A stretch of DNA of 64,000 nucleotides from the human T2T-CHM13v2.0 reference genome, Homo sapiens: assembly GCF_009914755.1 (NCBI RefSeq), contig NC_060935.1; one strand, written 5' to 3'. Positions within the stretch are counted from its first letter, which is position 1. Each line of letters opens with the position of its first letter. Shown here piece after piece: positions 41,545 through 64,000 of the stretch. A program made the position numbers and the translations under genes. Under the pieces are notes generated by a model. That model did not search any database. It saw only the letters and a list, made by a program, of their open reading frames with translations, and was not told where the DNA came from.

Positions 41545-41878
41545 TGACCTTGTGATTTGCCAGCCTTAGCCTCCCAAAGTGCTGGGATTAGAGGTGTGAG
41601 CCACTGCACCCGGCCTGATGATGATTATTATTAGTTTTTTGTTTGTTTGTTTGTTTGGGAAGACATAATTAATGAGGCAAGACCTCAGAAAGGCCATAGG
41701 GGAAGTCAACAAGTGTACACAGAGCAGGGCTAACTTTGGAGAAGAGAAAAGACACCTGGCTGGGCACAGTGGCTCGCGCCTATAATCCCAGCACTTTGGG
41801 AGGCTGAGGCGGGCAGATTACCTGAGGTCAGGAGTTCCAGACCAGCCTGACCAATATGGTGAAACCCCATCTGTACTA

Positions 41879-42126
<248 letters not shown>

Positions 42127-42779
42127 TCATGCTTGTAATCCCAGCACTTTGAGAGGCTGAGGCAGGAGGATCACGAGCCCAGGAGCTGGAGACCAGCCTG
42201 GGAACGGAAAAACCCTGTCTCTATAAAAGCTTAAAAATTAGCTGTGTGTGGTGGTGCATACTTGTGGTCTCAACTACTTGGGAGGCTAAGGTGTTGAGGC
42301 TGCAATGAGCCGTGATCACCCCATTGCACTTCAGCCTGGGTAACAGAGTCAGATCCTGTCTCAAAAGAAAAAAAAAAGAATAGGTGTTGCCATAGGTTAA
42401 GTCCAGAAGTGAGGGAGAGGTGTTCCAAAGGACTGTCTCCATCTTCTTGGTGAATTATGAGGTCTTACCATTTGTAGACAGTATGCAGTCTGGGGGCTTT
42501 CTTATTTTCTTTTATTATAAAAACTTCAGAAAACTAGTAAGAGGAAAATAAAGATTGCCTATAATTCCACTGGGCTCACTTTGGACCCATGTGAAACTGA
42601 CCACAGCATCATCATCACATTTCTTTTTTTTTTTTTTGAGTCTCGCTCTGTCCCCCAGGCTGGAGTGCAGTGGTGTGATCTCGACTCAGTGCAACCTCCG
42701 CCTCCTAGGTTCAAGTGATTCTCCTGCCTCAGCCTCCCGAGAGCTGGGATTACAGGCACATGCCACCACGACCAGCTAA

Positions 42780-43045
<266 letters not shown>

Positions 43046-43326
43046 CTGGAAAAAAAAAAAACCCCGCAAACATTTCCAATTAAATCTTAGTGACTGAATG
43101 TAAATCTAATTTATGATTATCTTTTTAAAAATACCACCACTGGCCAGGCGGGGTGGTTTACGCCTGTAATCCCAGCACTTTGGGAGGCCAAGGCAGGCAG
43201 ATCACGAGGTCAGGAGATTGAGACCATCCTGGCTAACATGGTGAAAGCTCGTCTCTACTAAAAAATACAAAGAAAATTAGCCGGGCGTGGTGGTGGGCGC
43301 CTGTAGCCTGTAGTCCTATCTCCTCA

Positions 43327-43428
<102 letters not shown>

Positions 43429-43431
43429 TCA

Positions 43432-43641
<210 letters not shown>

Positions 43642-43757
43642 TCAGGAGGCTGAGGTTGGAGGCTAAGGTGGGAGGATCGCCTGAGCCAGGGAGGCGAGGT
43701 TTCAGTGAGCTGGGATTGCGCCACTGCACTCCAGCCTGGGTAACAGAGGGAGACCCT

Positions 43758-43812
43758 GAAACAAAACAAAACAAAACAAAACAAAACAAAACAAAACAAA
43801 ACAAAACAAAAC
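43758..43812 (+). repeat. (AAAAC)n pentanucleotide microsatellite, about 10 units, Alu tail
   Basis: Seen directly. Confidence 0.95.
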
Positions 43813-44152
43813 ACCTCTTATTCTAGAATGTTATGCTTCAGGAGAGTGTAGCTCTCCTAGTTTTAGTTTGGTTCAGAAGAATCTTTGGCAATGAAAAAAT
43901 TATAATCATGATGGTTCTAATTACTGGGGTTTTTACTTCATGTTAGGCACTATGGGAAGTGCACTCCATGCACCATCTCACTAAGCAGTACCTACAATGC
44001 AAGTACTATTATTATTGCAGTAAAAGGAAAATGAGGCTGGGCATGGTGGTTCATGCCTGCCATCCCAGTACTTTGAGAGGCCGAGGCAGGAGGATTGCTT
44101 GAGCCAGGGAGTTTGAGGCCAGCTTGAGCAACATAAGGAGACCCTGTCTCTA

Positions 44153-44665
<513 letters not shown>

Positions 44666-44955
44666 TGATCTCCTGACCTCGTGATCTGCCCGCCTTGGCC
44701 TCCCAAAGTGCTGGGATTACAGGCGTGAGCCACTGCGCCTGGCCTGATTCCAGGTCTTTAGCAACCACTATGCCATACTGCCTCATCAAATATATTTCAC
44801 ATTCATATGTTGGGCACTCAAATTTAGCATAAGTCTAGACAAAGAAATCCTCTAGATCAGTTATCTCCCCAGCATTCAAAGGCATTTTATCTCCCTGATG
44901 CTTTGCTTGGATTTCCCTTCCTATGCTGGCCTATGATATACAAAAGAGAATGTAC

Positions 44956-45082
44956 CCAGGGTGGACCCGCCAAAGGTAGACTCCATGGTGTAGCTGTTTA
45001 GGATTCCCATCCGCCACATAACAACTCGTCCTGTTCCTTCTTTGCATTTTTGGACCTTAAAATTACAACTGTGAAAAGAGAA
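44956..45082 (-). CDS. AGBL2: AGBL2 coding exon ([42 protein letters not shown]), 127 nt
   Basis: ttttag|TTC acceptor, G|gtacat donor; SYTMES carries the catalytic Glu of M14 carboxypeptidases. Confidence 0.97.
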
Positions 45083-45938
45083 CTAAAAAGAAATCCAAAT
45101 TTTCTGTTAATCATAAATCAGCAAATGTAAAATATCTAAGATTCATTAATATGATACAAGAATAATTTCCTTGGGGTCCATATGTTATTTCCCAAAGCAT
45201 GTTCCACAAAATACTAATTTGGAGGGATGTTAACAGGTATTACAGGGGAAAAAGGAGTTCTGTGGTCATGTTAGTCAGGGAGATGAAGGGTTAACAAAAC
45301 TAAACAGGCTCTCTCTGCAAGCCCTCTTAGAGTGTTTAATATGAGGACTGTAATCTTCCAAAGGGAAGAGAGTATATTTGCAATATGTTTTCCAAACATT
45401 TTTGCCCATGAACTCTTCCTTCCTGTTGTCCCCACCCCACTCCCCTAAGGAGAATTTTGCAGGAATTGGTTTCCTAGAACATCCGTTTGGCATTCAAGGC
45501 ACTAGCCAACCTTTCTAAGACTTATTTTCTGCCACTCCCCAACTTGAACCCCTAAATCTAGTTGTGTTTATCTTCTGTCTATGATGTGTATTCCTTACCC
45601 CCATAATCTCTGCCTGGAACCCTCTCCCTTACACTAATCTTATCACTTGGAGTTCAATATCCTCCCTTATCTTTTATGACCCCTCAGCCCTTGTGTGTCA
45701 CTTGGAGTTTGTAATATACACTTGGCACCTCTCTCTATCCACCCTATCGTGCTAAAAAGATTTTGCAGTTGGAAAGTATCTCATTGTCCAGCGATTTTTA
45801 AATTGTGCTCTGTGGAATCCAGGGGTTCTATTGAGGAGCCTCAGGGCATTTCTGCTTCATGGAGGGAAGGAGCAGAGGAGACAGAGTTCCCTGCTTCAAT
45901 TAGTTTGTTTTAGATATGGGTTCTGGGTGTGATTTCCT

Positions 45939-46076
45939 GAAAGAAAGAAAAGAAGATAAGAGAAGGAAAAGAAGGAAAGAAAAGAAGGAAAGGAAAGGAA
46001 AAGAAAGAAAGAAAAAGAAGAAGAGAAGAGAAAAAAAGAAAAGAAAAAAGAGAAGAGAAGAGAAAGAGAAAGAGAG
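45939..46076 (+). repeat. GA-rich low-complexity polypurine tract
   Basis: About 135 nt almost purely A/G. Confidence 0.93.
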
Positions 46077-47099
46077 GCCGGGTATGGTGGCTCATGCCTG
46101 TAATCCCAGCACTTTGGGAGGCCGAGACGGCCCAATCACCTGAGGTCAGGAATTTGAGACCAGCCTGGCCAAGATGGCGAAACCCCGACTCTACTAAAAA
46201 TACAAAAAAATTAGCCGGGCATGGCAACATGCACCTGTAATCCCAGCTACTCAGGAGGCTGAGGCAGGAGAATTACTTGAACCTGGGAGGAGGAGGTTGC
46301 AGTGAGCTGAGATCGTGCCACTGACTCCGGCTTGGGCGACAGAGCGAGACTCAAAAAACAAAAGAGAGAGAGAGGAAGGAAGGAAAGCTTCCTCCTTTTC
46401 TTTTTTTAAACAAATAAGAGTAACAATACAAAATATTTTTATCATATATATTTATGGGAAAAAGTCTGTAATATCGGTCAGGCACAGTGGCTAACCCCTG
46501 GAATCCTAGCACTTTGGGAGGCCGAGGTGGGTGGATCATGAGGTCAGGAGATTGAGACCATCCTGGTCAACATGGTGAAACCCCGTCTCTACTAAAAATA
46601 CAAAAAAATTTAGCCAAGTGTGGTAGCTTGTGCCTGTAATCCCAGCTACCCAGGAGGCTGAGGTAGGAGAATCACTTCAACTCAGGAGGTGGAGGTTACA
46701 GTGAGCTGAGACACACCACTGCACTCCAGCCTGGGAGACAGAGTGAGACTCCATCTCAAAAAAAAAAAAAATTAAAATACTTTTCTAAAGCCAGTGCAGT
46801 GGCTCACACCTGTAATCCCAGCACTTTGGGAGGCTGAGGTGGTGAGGCGGGAGAGTTGCTTGAACCCAGGAGTTCAAGACCAGCCTAGGCAACATAGTGA
46901 GACCCTGTCTCTATTAAAAAAAAAAAAAAAAAACTTAAAAAAATCCAGTCTAGGCCGTGCGTGGCGTGGTGGCTCAAGCTTGTAATCCCAACACTTTGGG
47001 AGACCAAGGCGGGCAGATCACAAGGTAAGGAGTTTGAGACCAGCCTGGCCTACATCTCTACTAAAAATACCCCATCTCTACTAAACCCCATCTCTACTA

Positions 47100-47288
<189 letters not shown>

Positions 47289-48427
47289 TCACACCTATAA
47301 TCCCAGCACTTTGGGAGGCTGAGGCGGGTGGTCAGGAGTTCAAGACCAGCCTTGCCAAGATGGTGAAACCCTGTCTCTATTAAAAATACAAAAATTAGCT
47401 GGGTGTGGTGGCGGGTGCCTGTAATCCCAGACCCTCGGGAGGCTGAGGCAGAGAATTGCTTGAACCTGGGAGATGGAGGTTGCAGTGAGCCGAGATCGCG
47501 CCACTGCACTCCATCCTGGGCGACAGAACAAGACTCTGTCTCAAAAAAAAAAAATAAGGAGAAGAAAAAAAAATAGGTAAAATAAATAAATAAATAAATA
47601 AAAATCCAATCTACTTTCTTCTTCTGAAAGCTACATTTTGTGGATCTATTTATGATGTGAAAAACCAGCTTCTACACCAATGAAGATTACCTGTATATGC
47701 CTGTCACAAAATTAGTCAATTATTAAAAACTTTTATATTGTTTTCATTAAGCTCTTTAATATCTTACAATTATTTGTGATCTTCTAGTATATAACCTTTC
47801 CTATGAAGACTCATGACATTAGCATTTTGCTTGTCCTTCAATCTCTTCTTCCAGGGTCAACCACCACAGGATAGGTGATAGATAACTGTATATGCAAGAA
47901 TTTCAACTTATGGAGGGGCGCAGTAGCTCACGCCTGTAATCTCAGCACTTTGGGAGGCCGGGGCAGGCGGATCACTTGAGGTCAGGAGTTTGAGAACAGC
48001 TTAGCCAACGTGGTGAAACCCCGTCTCCACTAAAAGTACAAAAAAATTTAGCCAGGCATGGTTGTGCATGCCTGTACTCTCAACTACTCAGGAAACTGAG
48101 GCAGGAGAATTGCTTGAATCTGGGAGGCAGAGGTTGCAGTGAGCCAAGATTGCACCACTACACTCCAGCCTCGACAGAGCGAGACTCCGTCTCAAAAAAA
48201 AAAATAAAAAAGGATACCACATTTTATTTATCTGTTGATTGGTTGATGGACACAGCAATTCTTTTTTATTCTATTGTTTAGTAGTGGCAGGGGTCTCCCT
48301 ATGTTGCCCAGGCTGGTCTTGAACTCCTGGGCTCAAGCAATATGCCCACCTCGGCCTCCCAAAGTGCTAGGATTACAGGCATGAGCCACTGTAGCTGGCA
48401 GGACACAGCAATTCTTTTTTTTTTTGA

Positions 48428-48721
<294 letters not shown>

Positions 48722-48879
48722 TAAAACCACGCTTTTCTAAATTCTTGAAGTCTAGGTTGCTCGGATTTACCAAAGATAATAAAAAGAGATACAAAATGCC
48801 AAATAAAACACTACATATAGGAAGCAGTGAGTTCCCATGTCCCTAACTCAATGGAGAGAAAATTACATTATGTGCTTAC

Positions 48880-49036
48880 CTTATCTGGTGCATTTTTGCA
48901 TAACATTAAAGGAAAGACTCGTTCATGAAGCCAGTATTTGCGATTGTTGTTATTACAGCCATACAGGAAGATATTATTCTTACGACTGTGGCCATGGAAA
49001 TCACAATACAACAGAACCTCTCTTTCTTCAAGAAGT
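48880..49036 (-). CDS. AGBL2: AGBL2 coding exon (LLEEREVLLYCDFHGHSRK...KNAPDK), 157 nt
   Basis: caatag|A acceptor, AAG|gtaagc donor; third zinc ligand motif DFHGHS. Confidence 0.98.
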
Positions 49037-49468
49037 CTATTGAGGGGGCAAACAAAGGACTCAGTGGACACCCAAATGCATACAAATAATTAAGGATCAT
49101 TTGGTATCTCTTCCTTAAATACAGCTGTTAATACTTTCCCTCCTAAGAAAATCTCAACTCCATTGGCCTTCAATGGACCCTATCTCCATTCTCAGCCACT
49201 GCAGAAAACATGTCATCAGCTTGCCTTGCCAGTCAGAAGGACTTGAAATGGAAAATTTCTTTTTTTCTTTTTTGAGACAGGGTCTTGCCCTGTTGCTCAG
49301 GCTGGAGTGTAGTGGCCTGACCATGGCTCACTGTAGCCTTGACCTCCTGGGCTCAAGTCATCCGCCCACCTCAGCCTCCTAAGTAGTTGGGACTACAGGC
49401 ACACACCAATACACCCAGCTATTTTTGTTTCTGGTTTTTTTTTTTTTTTTTTTTTTGTAGAGGCAGGG

Positions 49469-51240
<1,772 letters not shown>

Positions 51241-52273
51241 TGACCAGAAATGGAAAAGTTCTGATTTGGAAAGGGGTGGTGGGTAGCCTTGCGTAAGTTG
51301 ACAAGGAAGTGCAAAAAAGCCTATTGAGAAAAAGCTCACCATGGTGCAGACCTGTGAAGAAAGAGAGGGAGGCAGAGAGTGGGCAGTTGCAGGAAAGAAA
51401 AAGAACCAAAGAAAGCCTTGATTCCTGACTTTCGAGGGCCAGTTCCTACAAGGCTCAGCTCTTCTTTGTCTCATGATCACCCAGGACACCTATTCCAGCT
51501 TTCCAAATATGTTCACTTTCCCCATGATGAGTATAATAACAACAATGCTACACATTTATAATATGCTGGGTACTATAGTAAATAGATCATGTGATTATCT
51601 CAATCCTCACAGTAACCACCCAAGGCAGGTATTATTTTTCCACTCTACAGATGAGAAAGCTGAAGCTCAGACACATTAAATCACTTAGCCAAGGTCACAG
51701 AACCAGCCAGCAGTAAAAACAGGTCTCAAACTCAGGCCTGTCTGACTCTGAAACATATGCTCTTTAGCTATGCCTGCCATGGTGCCATCTCAGCTCATTG
51801 CAACCTCTGCCTCCCAGGTTCAAGTGATTCTCCTGACTCGGCCTCCTGAGTAGCTGGGATTACAGGCACCCACCATCATGCCCGGCTAATTTTTCTATTT
51901 TTAGTAGAGACGAGGTTTCACCATGTTGGCCAGGCTGGTCTCAAACTCCTGACCTCAGGTGATCTGCCTGCCTCAGCCTCCCAAAGTGCTGGGATTACAG
52001 GTGTCAGCCACTGAGCCCAGCCCACATATTCTTATATGCTGTATTTTCATTTCCAATGGCATGAAAATTCCTTTAAGGTGGGTGCTATTACATTATAGCC
52101 TTCAATGCTTTTATACAGGCTTGAAAACTGCTGACTGATGTTATGATTCTTTCTTTGTGATAGGCAATATAAGATCGTAAAAGGAATTTAGACTCTGGAA
52201 CCAGAGAGAGAGCCTGTATTTAAATATCTACTTTGTCACTTAATAGCTTTATGACCTTAGGCAAGTTACTTAA

Positions 52274-52627
<354 letters not shown>

Positions 52628-53061
52628 TGACTGTGCCTACCTCATAATGTTAATGTGAAGATTAAATGAGTCATGTGTGTAATGCACCTACCATACAGCT
52701 TGCCACTTCATGCATACACATTTACTAATTGTTAGCTACTATTATTATGATACAAGTCTCATCATGAAGACCTATGAACTCCCCTGAACTCTGACCTTTT
52801 CCATTCAATTATTTCACTTACAAGTGAAATGACTCTTGCTGAAATGTTGCATGTCCAGTTTCAACCCAAAGACAAGACATGATTTAAAAGTCTGAAAATT
52901 AACAAAGTCACTTGACTACAAAGAGACTGGTAAGGGCTCTGTCTCCAAAGTCATACTCAATTCCTTTAACAACAGAAGAGACCTCATACCCCATCAGGTA
53001 GGGATATCTGGTGCTAGGACTCATAGCAGTCACAGAAAGATCAACAGATAAAAAGTCTCAC

Positions 53062-53844
53062 CTTTTGATCATGTTCCTGGTGTACCAAATACAAGGGAAA
53101 GACTCCTTCAGAATGGTTTTATAATGCCTGTTCAAATCCCTTCCGGCCAAGGAACACCGATAATTCCCCACAATCACACCATCTGGATTTAACATGGGAA
53201 GCACCTTGAAGACAAAAATATCTCTGAGGAGCTGGGCATCTGGGGAGTTGCTAAGGATGAAGTCCAAAAAGCCTTTCATAACCCAGGAGCCATTACTTTC
53301 TCCAGGGTGAACTCTGGCACTCAAGACCACAGCTTTCTTTGCAGCTGCCTCTTGAGGGGTCTGGGATGGGTTGGTGATGGTGAGCAAGTAAACGGTATTT
53401 CCTGCTAGGCTCCTGCATAAAGTTTGGAGCTTGCAGAACTGAGACTGGATAGGGTTGTTTGCCACTGACAGGAGGTAGCATTGCAAATCAGTGTATGTAT
53501 ATGGGTAGAAGTGTGCAAAGAAGCAAGTGTCCTGGTCATATGGAAACTGAATGGTCCACGTGAGACAGTAGAAGGGCTGCTGCCCATCATCCGTGTTGTT
53601 CTTGTAGTACTTGATTTCATTTCCTTCTCTCCTCCAGCCAATATTGCGGGTGTTGGCATCCAATTGGGAGTACAAGAGTGGCTTCATCCCTACAGTATAA
53701 AGACTCTTGGGTTTTAGCAAGTTGACAATGGTGAAGCGATAGGTAGCATCTTTTCTGGTGTTCTGAACACGAAAATAAAACCACTGAGTGTGTTTGTTAG
53801 TGTAGAGGTCAGTTCGCAAGGTGAGTTCATACTCATAGGTGTCT
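53062..53844 (-). CDS. AGBL2: AGBL2 large catalytic-domain exon (DTYEYELTLRTD...WYTRNMIK), 783 nt
   Basis: ttacag|A acceptor, AG|gtgaga donor; motifs WFYF, YPYTY, zinc ligands ARVHPGE, NPDG, NYR, DLNR (ORF 53058..53972). Confidence 0.99.
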
Positions 53845-54696
53845 CTGTAATGGAGAAAATAGAACAACTCTGTAAGCTTACACCCTGCCTTAAAAAACAA
53901 ATTGGGAAAATGTTGTTTTCTCCTGGTAAAAACAGGTCTTATTACAACAGAAAAATCTGCTACCTTAATCATTTATTCTCTGTAATCCCAGCACTTTGGG
54001 AGGCTGAGGCGGGCTGATTACCTGAGGTCAGGAGTTCAAGACCAGCCTGGCCAACATGGTGAAACCCCATCTCTACTAAATATACAAAAAAAAAAAAAAA
54101 AATTAGCCAGGTGTGGTGGCGGGTGCCTGTAATCCCAGCTACTCAGGAGGCTGAAGCAAGAGAATCACTTGAACCCACGAGGTGTAGGTTGCAGTGAGCT
54201 GAGATCGTGCCATTGCTCTCCAGCCTGAGCAACAGAGCAAGACTCCATCTTGAGGAAAAAACAAACAAACAAACAAAAACAATAAGGAAGTATATCTATG
54301 GTACTGCCATAGAAAAACACCTGAAATTTATGAAGTGGAAAAAAAATTTGCCAATTTGCAAAACAATATGTACATACACCATTAATCAATTTTTATTTTA
54401 AAAATATATAAATGGCCGGGCACAGTGGCTCATGCCTGTAATCCCTGCACTTTGGGAGGCCGAGACGGGCAGATCGCGAAATCAGGAGATCGAGACCATC
54501 CTGGCTAACATGGTGAAATCCCGTCTCTACTAAAAATACAAAAAAATTAGCCAGGCATGGTGGCAGGCGCCTGTAGTCCTAGCTACTCAGGAGGCTGAGG
54601 CAGGAGAATGGCATGAACCTGGGAGGCGGAGCTTGCAGTGAGCCAAGATCATGTCACTGCACTCCAGCCTGGGCAACAGAGAGAGACTCCATCTCA

Positions 54697-54698
54697 AG

Positions 54699-54768
<70 letters not shown>
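54697..54768 (+). repeat. Long poly(A) followed by (AT)n microsatellite at an AluY-like tail
   Basis: About 35 A then about 18 AT units. Confidence 0.95.
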
Positions 54769-54771
<3 letters not shown>

Positions 54772-55113
54772 GTGCATATTACATATACACACACAGAAAA
54801 ATATTAAGGCATATACACTAAACTTAATATTTGCTGCATCTAGGAAGTATGACTATAGGACTTTTTATGTTACATATTTTTACTAATACAAATTTTAGGT
54901 GAGCTCTAATTTCTTCTATAAGCAAAGTAAACAATTTAGAAAACATTTTATTTTGGGGAAAAAATGAGTAATAATTACTCCATTTTTCTTCATACCCATA
55001 ACTATTCCCCATCACCTCTTTCTTTTTTGCAAGTACTTCTGATTCCTAATATCATTACTGAAGACACCTTCTAGTCACTCCAATTATCATCCCTTTGAGA
55101 AATTGTTACTCAC

Positions 55114-55267
55114 ACTCTGACAGCTTTTTGCAGATTCCCACTCTCAAACCTTGATTCAAACAGTAGAGTATTATCTTCTGGTCCTTGCAACGTGACAGCA
55201 AGTTCCTTGACAATTCCTCGTTTGCCTCCCACTCTGGAACTGGTAAAATAGGAACCTTCTATAGGCA
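55114..55267 (-). CDS. AGBL2: AGBL2 coding exon (VPIEGSYFTSSRVGG...LLFESRFESGNLQKAVR), 154 nt
   Basis: ctgcag|TG acceptor, GT|gtgagt donor; FESGNL motif diagnostic of cytosolic carboxypeptidases (M14D); not in the ORF track. Confidence 0.97.
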
Positions 55268-55384
55268 CTGCAGAGAAAAGATATATTTAGGCTAGGTTCT
55301 ACTCAGAATCCACTCATTCAGCAAATACTTAAGTGGCCCCTCTAAGTGGTCAACACTATTCTAGACCAACAATGAAATTTCTAA

Positions 55385-55606
<222 letters not shown>

Positions 55607-55744
55607 TAGTAGAGACGGAGTTTCACCGTGTTAGCCAGGATGGTCTCGATCTCCTGACCTTGTGATCTGCCCGTCTCAGCCTCCCAAAGTGCTGGGATTA
55701 CAGGTGTGAGCCACCACGCCTGGCCATCCAACATCAATTTTTTT

Positions 55745-62045
<6,301 letters not shown>

Positions 62046-62456
62046 AAAGATATATATTCAATCCTTAGAAGCTTAAAACTCAACACAGGAAACTGCATTA
62101 CTAAATGACAGTCATATGCACATAGAACAAAGTACTCACTAAAGTACGTATAACAGGTGGAGAAAAGAAATCTCCCCAAAGATGATCCAACATCTGATTT
62201 TCAGGAAGGAGAATAACAAGAGAGAAGCTGTAAAATGGACTTAGAACTATTAAAAATAATGTACTTTGATTTTAGAAAATTATCGAAATTTTGCAGCAGA
62301 CTGGTTATGACTCCTCCTCCAGGCTCCCACTCATGTTGGCCTGGAAAAGAGTTTACCACTAAACTATGGATTTTTAAAATCACTTTTATTATGGAACATA
62401 TGTTTATTATAACTTTGTCATGATTAACCATTCATTGTTCAGTGTAATGACAATAC

Positions 62457-62564
62457 CTGAATCTAATTGATAGACAACTGTTCCTTTTTTCTCTCCTACA
62501 ATCTCTGGTACCTTTTCATTTCCTTTAGGCTGATAGAAATATTCTGGTTGAGGTGGAGCCCACT
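62457..62564 (-). CDS. AGBL2: AGBL2 internal coding exon (EWAPPQPEYFYQPKGNEKVPEIVGEKKGTVVYQLDS), 108 nt; upstream exons lie beyond the right edge
   Basis: tttcag|AG acceptor, TCAG|gtattg donor; inside ORF 62407..62655; phase 1 joins the next exon. Confidence 0.93.
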
Positions 62565-62959
62565 CTGAAAGAAGACATTTTAAAAAGTACAAAATAAGAA
62601 ATAATGTAAACGGCACTATCAGAACTAATATAAAATAATAATAATAATTTTTCAAATGGCTAGTTTGGTTGAATCAAACCAAATTCCCACCCTAAATTTC
62701 CTGCTTGTTTATAAAATAATTATGTCTTGTTTCTTTCTATAAAGACTTATGAGGACACTTTTAACAAAGAACATATAAAATGAAATATAAACTATCCATA
62801 GAAGACCTAAGAATAAGTCAGAAAGGTCAATATAGCTGCTGCAACAGCTCTTCAAAATTTGGCCCTGAGTTTCCTTAAAGTGAGCAAAATATGGTCATTA
62901 ACATAATTTTTTTTATTACCATAGAGGACTAGGTCTATCAATTGTTTCAGAGGAAGCAA

Positions 62960-64000
<1,041 letters not shown>

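Noticed and set aside
45916-46143. Lys/Arg/Glu-rich 75-aa ORF
   Set aside because: Translation of the GA low-complexity tract plus an Alu head
53845-53972. N-terminal part of ORF 53058..53972 (MIKVADFSVV...FYFLHY)
   Set aside because: Intronic open frame upstream of the ttacag acceptor at 53844; the real frame comes from the FESGNL exon

Overview
Human (primate) genomic DNA, recognisable from its proteins as the MTCH2-AGBL2 region (chr11p11.2, from recall). Two genes lie in tandem on the minus strand. (1) The 5' end of MTCH2 (mitochondrial carrier homolog 2): CpG-island promoter and coding exons 1-3 (5425-5339, 2011-1927, 1765-1659); the gene continues off the left edge. (2) The last 12 coding exons of AGBL2 (cytosolic carboxypeptidase 2), from 62564 down to the TAG at 23156, including the whole M14 zinc-carboxypeptidase domain; its 5' exons lie beyond the right edge. 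All exons have GT-AG borders and join in frame. The rest is very Alu-dense (roughly 110 copies or fragments counted by eye) with L1, L2, MIR and DNA-transposon relics and a dense, nested LTR cluster between the genes. Almost all ORFs in the supplied track are Alu artefacts. Most notable observations: a probable L1 3' transduction inside a multi-layer nest in an AGBL2 intron; a solo MER61-like LTR with a p53-type response element about 9 kb upstream of MTCH2; an Alu-mediated local rearrangement that scrambles an LTR nest; and exon phases that would allow an in-frame AGBL2-MTCH2 read-through fusion, plus a consensus splice donor directly after the AGBL2 stop codon. Repeat subfamily names come from recalled consensus sequences and need RepeatMasker/Dfam confirmation.
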